Of a stretch of DNA of 64,000 bases, positions 39,595 to 55,576 are shown piece after piece. The stretch lies in assembly GCA_951406725.2 (NCBI GenBank), contig OX597837.1:43648001-43712000 (forward strand), given 5' to 3'. The position numbers and the translations under genes were made by a program. The notes under the pieces were generated by a model, which made no database searches, was not told where the DNA came from, and saw only the letters and a list, made by a program, of their open reading frames with translations. Source of the DNA: Octopus vulgaris (lineage: Eukaryota). Position 1 is the stretch's first letter. Every line of letters starts with the position of its first letter.

Positions 39595-40213
39595 TGTTAA
39601 TATACTGTTAAAATAAATTTCCCGGAGAAGAAGACTAGATGTAAGTTACCAAGTTACCAAGTTACAAAGTTTTGGTGAAAAGTTTGAAGAGGCGAAATAA
39701 TTTCTTGGAATTGGTGTTCGTCATTCAGGATGGCTGATTTTTGTTTAGAAACCAAACATAAAACACCCTTTCCTTCACTAGATAACATCTATCTAAGGTT
39801 TACAAATATCAACTAAACATCCTCCAACATTGCGTTATTCCGCCTGACTGAACACGGAAACATTGCAAGCAAAAACCAATATAGCAACGAAATAATGAAC
39901 AGTTCGCGAATAAAAGAAACGAAACAAAGAAACAAAGAAAAGAAGGGAGAAAGGAAGGAAGGAAGGAAGATAGGAGTGAATGAATGAATGAATGAATGAG
40001 GGAAGGAAGGAAGAAAATAGAAATATAGAACAAAGGAACTGAGAGTGAAATAGGAGATGGGTATGATGTAATTATTATGTAAGAAAACTGGTGAAGTTTC
40101 CCCCAATTTTCACAAGAATTTTTCAGTTGCTTCTGTATATTTCGATAAAGTTCCCTTATAATGAACATGTCATGCGTACAGTACACCAACAGAAATCAAT
40201 CAGAGATCAATAC

Positions 40214-40251
<38 letters not shown>

Positions 40252-40557
40252 ATGTGTGTACATGTATATATATATTTATATATATATATATATGTATATA
40301 CATATATATATACATGCATATACGTATATATATATGTATGTATGTAGGTATGTGTGTATATATACGTACACATGCACACACATATACGTGTTGCTTAGAC
40401 ATATATAAACAAGCACAATATACATACGTTCACATATGTATTTACAAGGATGACGGCGCTCGCAAACACAGATGTATATATACACATATCTATCTCTCTA
40501 TTTACCTGTGTATCTATCTATCTACCTACCTACCTACCTACCTACCTACCTATTTAC

Positions 40558-40593
<36 letters not shown>

Positions 40594-40594
40594 G

Positions 40595-40626
<32 letters not shown>

Positions 40627-40649
40627 CCACACACACACACACACACACA

Positions 40650-40693
<44 letters not shown>

Positions 40694-40727
40694 TTTTACA
40701 TATATGTTTGTTTATATAGATAGATAT

Positions 40728-40786
<59 letters not shown>

Positions 40787-41669
40787 CATAGATAGATAGA
40801 TAGATAGATATACACACACAGAGAAAGTAATAGGTAGAGAAAGAGATGACTATATATACGTATACAAAATAATATATGCCTATGTATATTTGTGCATTCC
40901 GCTATTTGACTTACCGTGTTGAAAATCCCAGCTACGTCAGTAGTCTTCATCTCTTAGTCTGTTTCTTCTCTTCTCCCTTTATTCTCTGTCTTTCTTCCTC
41001 TCTCTCTCTCTCTCTCTCTCACTCCCTCTCTCTTTCTAAATCTATAAATTTCTGTCATTTTCCCTTGCAGTTAAACAGCATTCATTCACATGACATACAC
41101 CAAATACTTATCTGTAAACATACACACGCACTCACATATACACACATTCAGAAATACTCGCGTATGTGTATATGTTTATGCATATATATATGAATATATA
41201 TTTGAATATATATATATACATATATTAAACTGTATGTGTGTATCTGTATGTGTGCATAAACACACACACACACACACACACACACGCAAACACACATATG
41301 AACGAATATGTTCAACTTTATCTGTTTCAATTTAAATAAAATTCTACTGGTTTGGGATTGTAGAGTTTCCTAAATCCATATTCGACGTTTCTAGAACTAC
41401 ACAGTCGCACTATCAAGAATTTGAACTGAGTACACTAAGCCTACGTTATTACGTTTATACTTTTTAAATTCAGGTAAAATTCACGAACAAACGTTTTATT
41501 TTACCGTTGGCAATATGCTTCACCAGTTATGTGTTGATTTGTTTATCACGGATTTAAAATTTGACCACTATGTGTTTCTCATTTTATTTATTCGCGGCCA
41601 AATTTTGGCTGTTAAGCTTTTTTCGTTTTATTAATCCGTAGCCACATGTTATATTTTATTGTGTGTGAA

Positions 41670-42686
41670 GGTAGCGAGATGGAAGAAACGTTAGCACGCC
41701 GGGCAACAAACTTAGCGGCATTTTGTCCGGCTTTATGTTCAGAGTTCAAATGTTGCCGGAGTTGACTTGCCTTTCATCCTTTCTGGGTCAATAAAATAAG
41801 TACCAGTTGAGCCGTGGGGTCGATGTAATCGACTCGTACTCTCCCGCAAACTTTCTGGCTTTGTGCCAAAATTTGAAACCCATATTTTGATGTGCGTAAA
41901 GGCGGCGCGAATCGTTAGCACATCGGGCAAAGTGCTTAGCGGCACTTCACCCGTCTTTATTCCCTGAGTTCAAATGTCACTGGGATCGACTTTGCCTTTC
42001 CTCGCATCATGGTTGATAAAAGAAGTACCAGTTCAGATCTGGGGTCGATCTAATCGACCTACGCCTCCCACGAACTTGCTGGCCTCGTACTGAAGTTTCA
42101 TATTTCTTTATTGCCCATAAGGAGCTAAACATAGAACTGACAAACAAGGACAGACAAAGGGAGTAAGTCGATTACATCGACCCCAGTGCGTAACTGGTAC
42201 TTAATTTATCGACCTTGAAAGGATGAAAGGCAAAGTCGACCTTGGCGGACTTTGAACTCAGAACGTAACAGCAAACGAAATACCTATTTCTTTACTACCC
42301 GCACAGAGAGGACAAACAAGGACAGACAAACGGATTAAGTTGATTATATCGACCCAGTGCGTAACTGGTACTTATTTGATCGACCCCGAAACCATGAAGG
42401 TCAAATTCGACCTCGTGGAATTTGAAGTCAGAACGTGAAGATAAACGAAATACCTATTTCTTTATTGCCCACAAGGGGCTAAAAATAGAGGAGACAAACA
42501 AGGACAGACAAACGGATTAAGTCGATTATATCGACTCCAGTGTGTAACTGGTACTTATTTAATCGACCCCGAAAGGATGAAAGGCAAAGTCGACCTCGGT
42601 GGAATTTGAACTCAGAACGTAACGGCAGACGAAATACCGCAAAGCATCTCGCCCGGCGTGCCAACAATTCTCCAAGCTCACCTCCT
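41670..42686. mobile_element. SINE family B cluster: two + copies (41670-41880, 41901-42098) and a minus-strand trimer (42101-42686)
   Basis: Five Meta-like blocks; the trimer unit is about 180 bp. Confidence 0.9.
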
Positions 42687-42997
42687 TCGTTAATGAGTAA
42701 TAATAACTAAATTGTTAGATATTTGTTTTTCCTATTCTTCATGTTAGAGGATGTGTTCGGATGCGGTATAATGTCTTAGAACGATTCTGGTCTCGATTTT
42801 TAATGGGTGTATTTTTTATTTTAACTTGACCCGGTAGTTGTCCCGTTGAGTAACCGTCTGTGATGATTAGACGAATTTTTAGGGTGTCTATTTTGCTTAT
42901 TACTTCTAATTCGACCTATTTTAGATATGATGTGGATAACCACACACGTGCTTTTCCTGTATTTTTTCCCTTTTCTTCGGACCTTTCTTCCCTCCTC

Positions 42998-43030
42998 TTT
43001 CCGACAAAGAGCCATGCCCGAAACGTTAAA
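42998..43030 (+). ncRNA. Degenerate minimal hammerhead relic
   Basis: uuu-CCGACAA-A-gagc-cau-gccc-GAAA-cg-UU-aaa, within a homolog of the 3808-3980 repeat. Confidence 0.5.
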
Positions 43031-43184
43031 CACCTATTATTTTTGCCATCTTATACTGAGCACGAACTTAACACATTCCAAGTGTACACCTTTTTGACTT
43101 TTGTTGTTTTCTTATTTCTAATCGATTTTTGAAGGCACGCCTGCATAACGCTGCTCCTCTAAATGGAAAACTTACCTGTCATTT

Positions 43185-43470
43185 TCTTTTCAAGATTATC
43201 CTATCGATCAATTCCACTGAACTGCCAAGTTATGGGAACGTAAAAACACCAATACCGGTCAGCAAGCGGCAATGGGTGACAAGCACAGACACGAACGCAC
43301 GGATACACATATTCTTTCAGCTTTTGTCTACCAAATCCACTTGCAAGCTTTTGGTCTGGTCGCCTTGAGGTTATAATAGAAGACACTTGCCCGAGGTGCC
43401 GCGCAGCGGGAGTGAAATCAGAACCATGTCGTTGGGAAGCAAGCTTCTTACCACACAACCGCACCTGCGC
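43185..43470 (-). mobile_element. SINE family A, diverged
   Basis: Head gcgcaggtgcggttgtgtggtaagaagcttgc on the minus strand. Confidence 0.85.
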
Positions 43471-43479
43471 TAGTAATGT

Positions 43480-43546
43480 GGGGATGTTATTTGTAATATA
43501 GACGTTCCTTCTTTTATTAATTTAGTGTAGACGACTATGTTATATA

Positions 43547-43626
<80 letters not shown>

Positions 43627-44522
43627 GATTTTTATTTCTAGATTTGTTAGACTGATGTTAAATTGATTTTAGGGTGAGATGAATGAAGATTGTTTTGTTT
43701 TGTTTGGTTATCTATTATCAGAATAACAAGTCATTGAGTACTGGAATGTAAATAATATTAATAAATCCTGTTTTAATTTTGTTGGTATTAGGATTATGCC
43801 GTTATTAGGACATTGAAATTATGTATGTATTTGTTATTCTTGGCTTTTTGATATTTGTATAGTTTTTCTGGTGATTATGGTTATAACCAAGAAGGCCCAA
43901 ATTCCTTTTTGAAGTCGACTGCCGAAGATTGCAGCAGCGCAAATCCTCCATCCACTTTGGTACTTTCATTTGCTTTGTTTACGACTAAAGGTTTTGTTTT
44001 TACTAATTTCGTTTTATTATCCTTTAATTGAATTGGAATATTTTTGTAATTTTGTCATTTTTATTTCTATTATAACTCCTTTTATATCAGGGGTTTGTGC
44101 TGTTTATGAGTATGATTTGAAGAAGATTATTGTGTTATCTTCTATAAGACAATTAGGGATAATAATAATATCATGAGGAATTAGCTATCCTATATTGGCT
44201 TTATTTCATTTATATAAACACTCATTCTATAATCAAAGCTTTATTATTTTCATGCGACAGAAATATTATTCATTACTATAGTGGAGATCAGGATATTTGA
44301 GATATAATAATTGTTAGATATAATTTATCTTTTACTAGAATGGTGCTTAATAGTTTAGATATAGTGTTGTGTGGGTTTCCTATATTAGCAGGATTTTATT
44401 CAAAATATCGAATTAAGGTTTTGTTAAGTAAAGATGTAAATTTATTGAGAGGCTTAATTGGTATATTTGGGATATGTTTAACTCTATTATATTCGATGTG
44501 AACGTATATTTATATTGTGTGG
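43480..44522 (+). pseudogene. nad5: NUMT: decayed mitochondrial NADH dehydrogenase subunit 5
   Basis: In the invertebrate mitochondrial code it gives, in the correct order: LILGWD, LVIYYQNNKSL, TKKAQIPF, EYDLKKIIVLSS..QLG, LALFHL, GDQDI, LCGFP.LAGFYSK. It has stops, frameshifts and a (TG)n expansion at 43549-43625. Confidence 0.92.
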
Positions 44523-45034
44523 TGGATGTTGTTTCGAAGAATTCATCGAGCCACAATTTAGGCGTTGAAAGAAGCGCCTTATAGGTTGTTGGAGAGAGAC
44601 CTAGAAAGGTAAATAATCTGAAAGGGTTATATCGGAAGAATGGGTGTCGTAGAACTTCGCATCGAGCATTCGCATAGCATTTTCGGTCAAATTAGTGATG
44701 TGGGATCGAGCATTCTCGGGTTGAGGAATTACACTATGTCGCCGGGCTGGTCGTTTGGCCCTTAACTATCGAGTGAATATTATGGACGACGAAATCGTAA
44801 AAGCATCTCATCTAGTGGAGTAATTCCATAGTGGGTTGGCATGGGTCCTTGTGGACGCCCTCGATCAAATGATCCCCATTAAACTGAACAGGTTGGGCGG
44901 AACACAAAGAGTCTGTTAGATTGCATTTCTATTAATTGAAGCCAAAAATATATTGCAAATAAATAAATAAATAAAAAAAAACAAAATCTGAAACAATTTG
45001 AACATGGAACTTTATAAAAAAAATGTACAGAATA

Positions 45035-45199
45035 GGCGCAGGAGTGGCTGTGTGGTAAGTAGCTTGCTTACCAACCACATGGTTCCGGGTTCAGTCCCAC
45101 TGCGTGGCACCTTGGGCAAGTGTCTACTGCCATAGCCTCGGGCCGACCAACGCCTTGTGAGTGGATTTGGTAGATGGAAACTGAAAGAAGCCTGTCGTA

Positions 45200-45260
<61 letters not shown>

Positions 45261-45480
45261 TTGTGTATCTGTGTTTGTCCCCCTAGCATTGCTTGACAAC
45301 CGATGCTGGTGTGTTTACGTCCCCGTCACTTAGCGGTTCGGCAAAAAGAGACCGATAGAATAAGTACTGGGCTTTCAAAGAATAAGTCCCGGGGTCGATT
45401 TGCTCGACTAAAGGCGGTGCTCCAGCATGACCGCAGTCAAATGACTGAAAACAAGTAAAAGAGTAAAGATAGAAAGAGAG
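45035..45480 (+). mobile_element. SINE family A, full length
   Basis: Near-identical to the 5663 copy. Confidence 0.9.
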
Positions 45481-45808
45481 AATGAATTAGAAAAGGGGAT
45501 GGGGATAATCTGAATTAAGTTTTCAGATTTACAAATGGAGTGAAGGGCATTTTTCTTTTTTTTTTATCCTTTTCCATATTTCAGGGGTGCCTCCGGGTGA
45601 GATTTGCTCTGTTGTTAAAATAATAAGGATCTGTAAGAGAGAGAATAAACCTAGTACCAAGACGATATCCAGTGATAAAGATTTCTGGTGAAATTTTAAA
45701 TTGTGTTTTAGTTTTTTTTATATATATATCCTATTTATATATTTTTAAAGCTATATCCGCGCATTTCTTTCTGTGATAGTAGCTTCTTATGTATAGACAG
45801 ACAGACAG

Positions 45809-45867
<59 letters not shown>

Positions 45868-46124
45868 TGCATCATGTTGTATAATGTTATTTTTATTTTT
45901 ATTCTTTCCGATGTTATTTCAAAGAACACAGAAAATGATGTTATCATAGTTTTATGTTTTTCTTTTGAAGTTCTATTGTTCCTTTACAACTTTTGTTGTC
46001 ATTTTCGAATTTCAATTAATTTTACCTCTTTTCAGACATATTACGATGTAGCGCCAAACAGAAAAAAAAAAACAGAAAAAAAAACAGAACGGAATTATCT
46101 GACAACACAATGTTGTTATTGTTA

Positions 46125-46396
46125 GTTCTTTCTGGAGCCATGCCTGGCTCATAAGGGCCGGTTTCCCGATTTCAGTGACGTATAGGTTCCCCACAGGTGA
46201 GCTGCTAGTGCAGGAGGAAAGAGTGAGAGAAACTTGTTGCGAAAGACTCAGCAGAAGTTCGCCATTACCTTCTCCTGGCGCAGCGTGGGGCTTAGATGTT
46301 TCGCTCATAAACACACACATCGACTGGTCTGAGATTCGAACCTGCCATCGTTCGACCACGAGTGGGCTGCTCTAACCACTAGGCCATGTGCCTCCT
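46125..46396 (-). mobile_element. SINE family C variant
   Basis: Head gaggcacatggcctagtggttagagcagc...ggttcgaatctc. Confidence 0.85.
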
Positions 46397-46722
46397 CAAC
46401 AACACACTACTTACATACCATTATATATACGTTCATTTTTTTACATTAAAAAAAACTAGAATTACTCGGTTTCGTGGAGAAAAAGTAAGAGATAGTTAAG
46501 GGGATTCTGCAAATCCAATCTACTAGTGGCAAAATTAAGATCTGTAAGACATTCCCAATATTTCCTATCCGAGATTATGGCGTGAATTGATGGACATACT
46601 CGCTTAACACAAGAGGTTCTGTCGCATGTTACCGGCCGGCTTGAAATGTATCAAGAACTTAAATTAAACTCACACACAAAATCCACACACACACACATAC
46701 ACACGTACACACACACACACAT

Positions 46723-46770
<48 letters not shown>

Positions 46771-46854
46771 ACATACATGCATACATACTTGCATGCATAT
46801 ATGTGTAGATCACATTCATTGATATATATATATATATATATATACATATGTATG

Positions 46855-47159
46855 TCACGTCAAGTGACCGACCAAGCTATCAGATGTTGCTACATATGGC
46901 TGGTCACAATGCGCTTCGCATTGTTTTAGCATTCAGGCGACGCCACCCTACTGGCTAAGCGAGGAGGCCAACAGAAGAAAGTGTGAGAGAAAATTGTGGC
47001 GAAAGAGTACAGCAGGGATCGCCACTACCCCCTGCCAGAGACTCGTGGTGCTTTAGGTGTTTCCGCTCAATAAACACTCACAACGCCCGGTTTGGGTATC
47101 GAAATCGTGATCCTACGACGGCGAGTCCACTGCCCTAACCACTGGGCCATTGCGCCTCC
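46855..47159 (-). mobile_element. SINE family C, second tail type
   Basis: Same head and body as 10643; tail ...ctgatagcttggtcggtcacttgacgtg; flanked by atgtatgt. Confidence 0.9.
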
Positions 47160-47226
47160 ACATGTATGTACGTATTAGACAGAAAGAACGGACAAATAAA
47201 ACACGTGGAGTCACTTCAGAGCATGT

Positions 47227-47608
47227 GGAAGCACTCCGTCGGTTACGACGACGAGGGTTCCGGTTGATCCGAATCAACGGAACAGCCTGCTCGTGAAATT
47301 AACGTGCAAGTGGCTGAGCACTCCACAGACACGTGCACCCTTAACGTAGTTCTCGGGGATATTCAGCGTGACACAGAGAGTGACAAGGCCGGCCCTTTGA
47401 AATACAGGTACAACAGAAACAGGAAGTAAGAGTGAGAGAAAGTTGTGGTGAAAGAGTACAGCAGGGATCACCACCATCCCCTGCCGGAGCCTCGTGGAGC
47501 TTTTAGGTGTTTTCGCTCAATAAACACTCACAATGCCTGGTCTGGGAATCGAAACCGCGATCCTATGACCGCGAGTCCGCTGCCCTAACCACTGGGCCGT
47601 TGCGCCTC
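47227..47608 (-). mobile_element. SINE family C, third tail type, 15-bp TSD
   Basis: TSD cacttcagagcatgt at 47212 and 47609. Confidence 0.9.
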
Positions 47609-47831
47609 CACTTCAGAGCATGTAATTCATAAACCAATCATAACTGCAGAATTGTTAGAGTAAATCAGCGATTCAGAAATAACGCATCAAATCTCTTACA
47701 GCTATTATTTCTTAATCCTTTAATTACTTTAGCAGCATTACAATTATGATTGAATTAGAAATCACAAGCTCTAAAGTGATACGATGTGTTTTCTTGTCCA
47801 TTCTTTCTTTCTAATGTATTCGTACGTTCAA

Positions 47832-47988
47832 GGTGGTAAGCTGGCAGAATCGTTAGCAACGTGGGCAAAATGCTTGGAGAGATTTTGACCGTCTTTACAT
47901 CCTGAGTTCAAATTCCGTCGAAATTCTCTTTGTGTTTTGTCCTTTCAGAGCCGATTAAATAAGTACCAACGAAACACTGGGATCAAGG
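47832..47988 (+). mobile_element. SINE family B, diverged
   Basis: ggtggtaagctggcagaatcgttagc head. Confidence 0.75.
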
Positions 47989-48020
47989 TACCACGCATTG
48001 AGAGTGAACCCGGAACCATG

Positions 48021-48757
<737 letters not shown>

Positions 48758-49166
48758 TGGATGCATAAGATAAAATGTAGATATATTGTTGCAAGCTTCT
48801 ATTCACGCTTTCCCTATTCTAACGCATTCTTCTGACATAAAAGTTTCGTTGTAAACATAGACACGTCTATAAGGTTATGTATAAATGTAGCCACCTGGTC
48901 ATTCACATACAGTTTGTATTGCATGTATACAGACTTCTATGGTGAAATATATTTATGTTTCATTACATATGTATGCATACATGCATATGTGTGTATGTGT
49001 CTATGTGTGTTGTCTGTATGTTTGTATGTGTGTATGAGTATGTGCATGTGTATTTTATTGATTTTCTATGTAACTGTACAGCTTTTAATTTATTTCTCGC
49101 TTCCTCTCTATCCAGTTTTCTTTACATACATACAAACATAAATAGGTACGTATATACATACATATT

Positions 49167-49225
<59 letters not shown>

Positions 49226-49429
49226 GGAGAGGGAGAGAGAGAGACCTATAAATATAGATAGATAGATAGATAGACAGACAGATAGACAGTCAGACAGTCA
49301 GACAGACAGCCAGACAGATAGATAGATGTGCATGAAGAGAGGAAACAAGCAGATACAGACACAGGGAAAGAATTATGTGCGTATATACACAGGATATTAT
49401 TATCATCATCATTATTATTAAAATTATTA

Positions 49430-49484
<55 letters not shown>

Positions 49485-49669
49485 CATTATTATTATTATT
49501 ATTATTATTATTAGTATCATTATTATTATTATTATTATTATCATTATTATTATTATTATCATTATTATCATCATTATTATTATTATTATTATTATCATTA
49601 TAATTATTATTATTATCATTATAATCATCATTATTATTATTATTATTATTATTATCATTAATATTATCA

Positions 49670-49764
<95 letters not shown>

Positions 49765-49782
49765 GTTGTTATTATTATTATT

Positions 49783-50638
<856 letters not shown>

Positions 50639-50856
50639 GGCGACAGCTTGGCCGAATATTTAGCAGACCAGACAAAATGCTTAGCGGAATATTTCCGGTT
50701 TTACCTTCTGAGCTAAATATCCGCCCAGGTCCACTTGGTATTTTATCCTTTCGGAGTGGAGGAAAGATTCAATAAAATAAAATACCATTTGAACATTGGG
50801 GTGGACTAGGCCCCCCTCCCCACAATATTTCAAACCTTGTGCGCATTGCAGAAGGA
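50639..50856 (+). mobile_element. SINE family B, diverged
   Basis: Degenerate head and Meta-like block. Confidence 0.65.
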
Positions 50857-51186
50857 ACCATTGCAGAAAACCACAAATCAAAGTAAGGCAAAATCGATTC
50901 CGGATAAATTTGAAATAAGTACATGCATCGTGCTTATAAAACTCCGGTTTAGGCATTTTGCATAAACGGCGATTATTTTACCAACTTACAAATAAATTGA
51001 TAGAAATATATTTCCAATAACATCACACCCAAATCCTCTGTGGAAAGGAAAATAATTATATCGATCTGGTGATGTTTCGAATCAGATCAAGGAGGAACAG
51101 AATTAAATACAGTTCGGTATTTAATATGGCGAGCGACCTCCTGAGTCATTTCAAGACCATAAATCTGAATAAAATATTCAATAATA

Positions 51187-51246
<60 letters not shown>

Positions 51247-51431
51247 TATATGATATATATACATATATATATGTAATATATACATATATATATATATATT
51301 CAATATATATATAATATATATATATATATACACATACTTATATATGTGTATATACACATACTTATGTATATATATACACACACACACACACACAAATATA
51401 TACACACATATACTTATATATACATATATAC

Positions 51432-51476
<45 letters not shown>

Positions 51477-51631
51477 GATATATTTTAAATATATATATAT
51501 GCTTATATATATTCGTATATATGTATATATATGTATGTATATGTAAGTAACGTATGTAGAATGAGCATACACACAGTCACACATACAAGCGCGCATATAC
51601 ATATATAGCTACACACACACACACATATATA

Positions 51632-51674
<43 letters not shown>

Positions 51675-51887
51675 AACTTTTTTTATCTGTAGTATGTTGT
51701 GTTTTCCGTAAAGTAAATAACATTATTTTGATTGAATTAATTCTATTAAAATAACGAAAAATATCACTTTTTATGTATGTATGCATGCGTATATGTACAT
51801 GTGTGTGTGAATATATATATATTTATACATACATACATAAGGACCGGCACATACACACATATATATATCTATACATAAGTAGATAGC

Positions 51888-51925
<38 letters not shown>

Positions 51926-51979
51926 GTATATCACATTACGCTAATAGTATATTATTTGTATATGTACGTTTTGTGTGAT

Positions 51980-52084
<105 letters not shown>

Positions 52085-52499
52085 ATATATGCGTCAATGA
52101 TATACGAAGATACGTACATTATACACACAAACCAGTGATAAATTTAGTTTATTTTGTTAGAATTCTTACAAATTGCATTTAAAAAAATAACAGCAAACGT
52201 TAAAAAATGCTCTAACGTGTGTATATGAGTACATACATAGATAGATATACATACCTACGTACGTACATACATACAAACAACATACATATATATACTCACC
52301 CATACGTTTATGTACATGTCTATGTGTCGACTCACACGAACATAAAAACCAATACATGCCTAAAACCACTTTCTAAGGATAAAGCAGTGTTGTTATATTC
52401 TTATGCAGGCAATCAGTATGTTCTTGCTTATGGCGTACAAGTAGTTGGAATGTTAGTGACGGTTTCGCACTAGTTATTGAACCTATAATTAGTTTTAAG

Positions 52500-53030
52500 A
52501 TTTGGCACAAGGCCGGCAAAAATTTGGTGTAGTAGGTAAGTCCATTTCATCCACTCCAGTGCACAACTAGTTCTTATTTCATCGACTCCGAAAGGATAAA
52601 ATGAAAAAGTCGACGCCGTCAGAATTTGAACTCAGAACATAAAAACGAACGAAATGCCGCTGAGAATTTTGCCCGACGTACTAAAGATGTTTTTCAACTC
52701 TAAGCGCAAGGCCCGAACTTTTGGGGGAAGGGTACCAGTCGATTAGATCAATCCCAGTACGCAACTGGTACTTAATTTATCGACCTCGAACAGATGAAAG
52801 GCAAAGTCGACCTCGGCAGAATTTGAACTCAGAATGTTATGACACGAAATACCTATTTCTTTACTACCCACAAGGGGCTAAACACAGAGAGGACAAAGAA
52901 GGACAGACAAGCAGATTAAGTCAATTATGTCGACCCGAGTGCGTAACTGGTACTTATTTAATCGACCCCGAAAGGATGAAAGGCAAAGTCGACCTCGGCG
53001 GAATTCGAATTCAGAACGTAGCGACAGACG
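52500..53030 (-). mobile_element. SINE family B cluster (three Meta-like blocks)
   Basis: Repeated gaaaggcaaagtcgacctcggc.gaattt. Confidence 0.85.
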
Positions 53031-53741
53031 ACTACCTAAAACGCATACCATTGATTATCTAAAACACATACCATTGAAAGCAGTCTTCCGCATTCAGTAA
53101 GTTCTTTGTTATAATAATTGTATTAATAGTATATAGAGAAATAAGAAGACACAAATCGTTCATGCTTGAATTGTTAATATACATGTCAAGGAAAACGATT
53201 CTCTACTTGCAGAGTGTTTTCCGTATTATTGCAATGGTTATTATTAAAGCAAATAATAAAACATGAATGGATTCACTGAGTTGTGTTATTATTATTATAA
53301 ATCTGTTACTGACTATAATAATATCGTGTAATTATTATCGAGATGATATATTCCGTATACAATGCGCATGAATAGAAATAACTTCCCGTGATCAGTGAAT
53401 CAGCAAAGTATCGTGTATATTAAAATTATAATGGTTATCAAAGAAATTCCTGTTTTTCATTTATCTGCTTAGTTCTGGTTTTGAAACTCTCGCGTCATAA
53501 ATTAGGATTTGAGAGATAGAAAAAAGAAAGGAAGAAAGCATTCAAGAAGACCAAAAGTGATTTTCAGGTCAACAAACTTTAACAAGACCTTCTTGGCTTT
53601 CTTGGCCTTCTTCTTTCAGGTCAAGTGATTCCTATGTAGATCAACCTTCATTTCTTAGGTGTCATCTGCTCTCAGCTGTTTTAATATCAAGGAACTCTAT
53701 TCGGATATTTTTCCCTGCCATTCTAACATGTTCTGCATATT

Positions 53742-53976
53742 TTTATTTCTTTATTGCCCACAAGGAACTAAACATAGAGGGGACAAACAAGGACAGACAA
53801 AGGGATTAAGTCGATTACATCGACCCCAGTGCGAAACTGGCACTTTATTTATCGACCCCGAAAGGATGAAAGGCAAAGTCGACCTCGGCGGAATTTGAAC
53901 TCAGAACTTAACAGCAGACGAAATACTGCTAAGCATTTTTGCCCAGGGCGCTGACGCTTCTGCCAGCTCGCCGCCA
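53742..53976 (-). mobile_element. SINE family B, full length, 12-bp TSD
   Basis: TSD gttctgcatatt at 53730 and 53977. Confidence 0.9.
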
Positions 53977-54199
53977 GTTCTGCATATTGTTTAGCCAATC
54001 TCATCTCATCTTCTTCGTCCACTTATTCCAGTGGGGATGAATCGTCCAGCATGCTTTCCATCGGATCCAGTCAGAAGAAACCGTCTCTAATTGACCCAAC
54101 GGATATTTGCCCTCCTCTTGTTTGTTGTTAACACAACGTTTCGGTTGGAGGGTGTATCAGCCAAAACCCACCTTGTGTAGAATACTATGATTATGTCTA

Positions 54200-54410
54200 G
54201 GCGGTGAGCTGGCAGAATCGTTAGCGTGCCGGACGAAATGCTTAGCCGTTCTTCGCCCGCTGCTACATTCTGAGTTCAAATTCCACCAAGGTCAACTTTA
54301 CCTTTCATCCTTTCGGAGTCGATAAAATAAGGCCCAGTTAAACACTGGGGTCGATGTAATCGACTCATCCCCTCCCCCAAAATTGCTGCCCTTGTGGCAA
54401 AATTTGAAAC

Positions 54411-54455
<45 letters not shown>

Positions 54456-54706
54456 CATCATCACTATTATTATTTTTTTATTAAGATAGTGAGCTGTTAG
54501 AATCATAAGCACTCTGGACAAAAATGTGTAGCAGCAGTTTTTCCAGCTCTTTATGTTCTGAATTCAAATTCTGCCAAGGTCGATTTTGCCTTTTGTCTTT
54601 CTAGGGTCAATGAAAATATGTACCAGCTGAGCCCTGAGGCTGGGATCCATATAAATGACTACCCACTTCTCCAAAATTTCAGGCCTTGTGCCTAAAGTAG
54701 AAAGGA
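54200..54706 (+). mobile_element. Two SINE family B short-tail copies, each followed by (ATT)n
   Basis: Copies at 54200-54410 and 54485-54706. Confidence 0.85.
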
Positions 54707-54718
54707 TTATTATTATTA

Positions 54719-54800
<82 letters not shown>

Positions 54801-54895
54801 CATTATTATCATTATTATTATTATCATTATTATTATTATTATCATTATTATTATTATCATTATTATCATTATTATTATTATCATTATTATTATTA

Positions 54896-54926
<31 letters not shown>

Positions 54927-54967
54927 CATTATTATTATTATTATTATCATTATTATTATTATTATTA

Positions 54968-55013
<46 letters not shown>

Positions 55014-55127
55014 CATTATTATTATTATTATTATCATTATTATTATTCATTATTATCATTATTATTATTATTATCATTATTATTATTATCATTATTATCA
55101 TTATTATTATTATCATTATTACTATAA

Positions 55128-55163
<36 letters not shown>

Positions 55164-55183
55164 CATTATTATTATTATTATTA

Positions 55184-55214
<31 letters not shown>

Positions 55215-55237
55215 CATTATTATTATTATTATTATTA

Positions 55238-55280
<43 letters not shown>

Positions 55281-55321
55281 CATTATTATTATTATTATTA
55301 TCATTATTATTATTATTATTA

Positions 55322-55361
<40 letters not shown>

Positions 55362-55411
55362 CATTATTATTATTATTATTATCATTATTATCATTATTAT
55401 TATTATTATTA

Positions 55412-55484
<73 letters not shown>

Positions 55485-55537
55485 CATTATTATTATTATT
55501 ATTATCATTATTATCATTATTATTATTATCATTATTA

Positions 55538-55575
<38 letters not shown>

Positions 55576-55576
55576 G
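54706..55576. repeat. ~870-bp (ATT/ATC)n array
   Basis: Direct reading. Confidence 0.95.

Noticed and set aside
43970-44176. Functional nad5 or mitochondrial contig
   Set aside because: It has frameshifts, stops and altered invariant residues, and is embedded among nuclear SINEs.
47530-47608. tRNA-Arg gene (also at 10880-10956 and 47080-47159)
   Set aside because: These are tRNA-derived SINE heads continuous with SINE bodies and TSDs; the acceptor stem is not intact.
54131-54166. aacgtttcgg hammerhead half
   Set aside because: It has GAAACGUU but lacks a proper CUGANGA and stem I in this copy; at most a rearranged relic.
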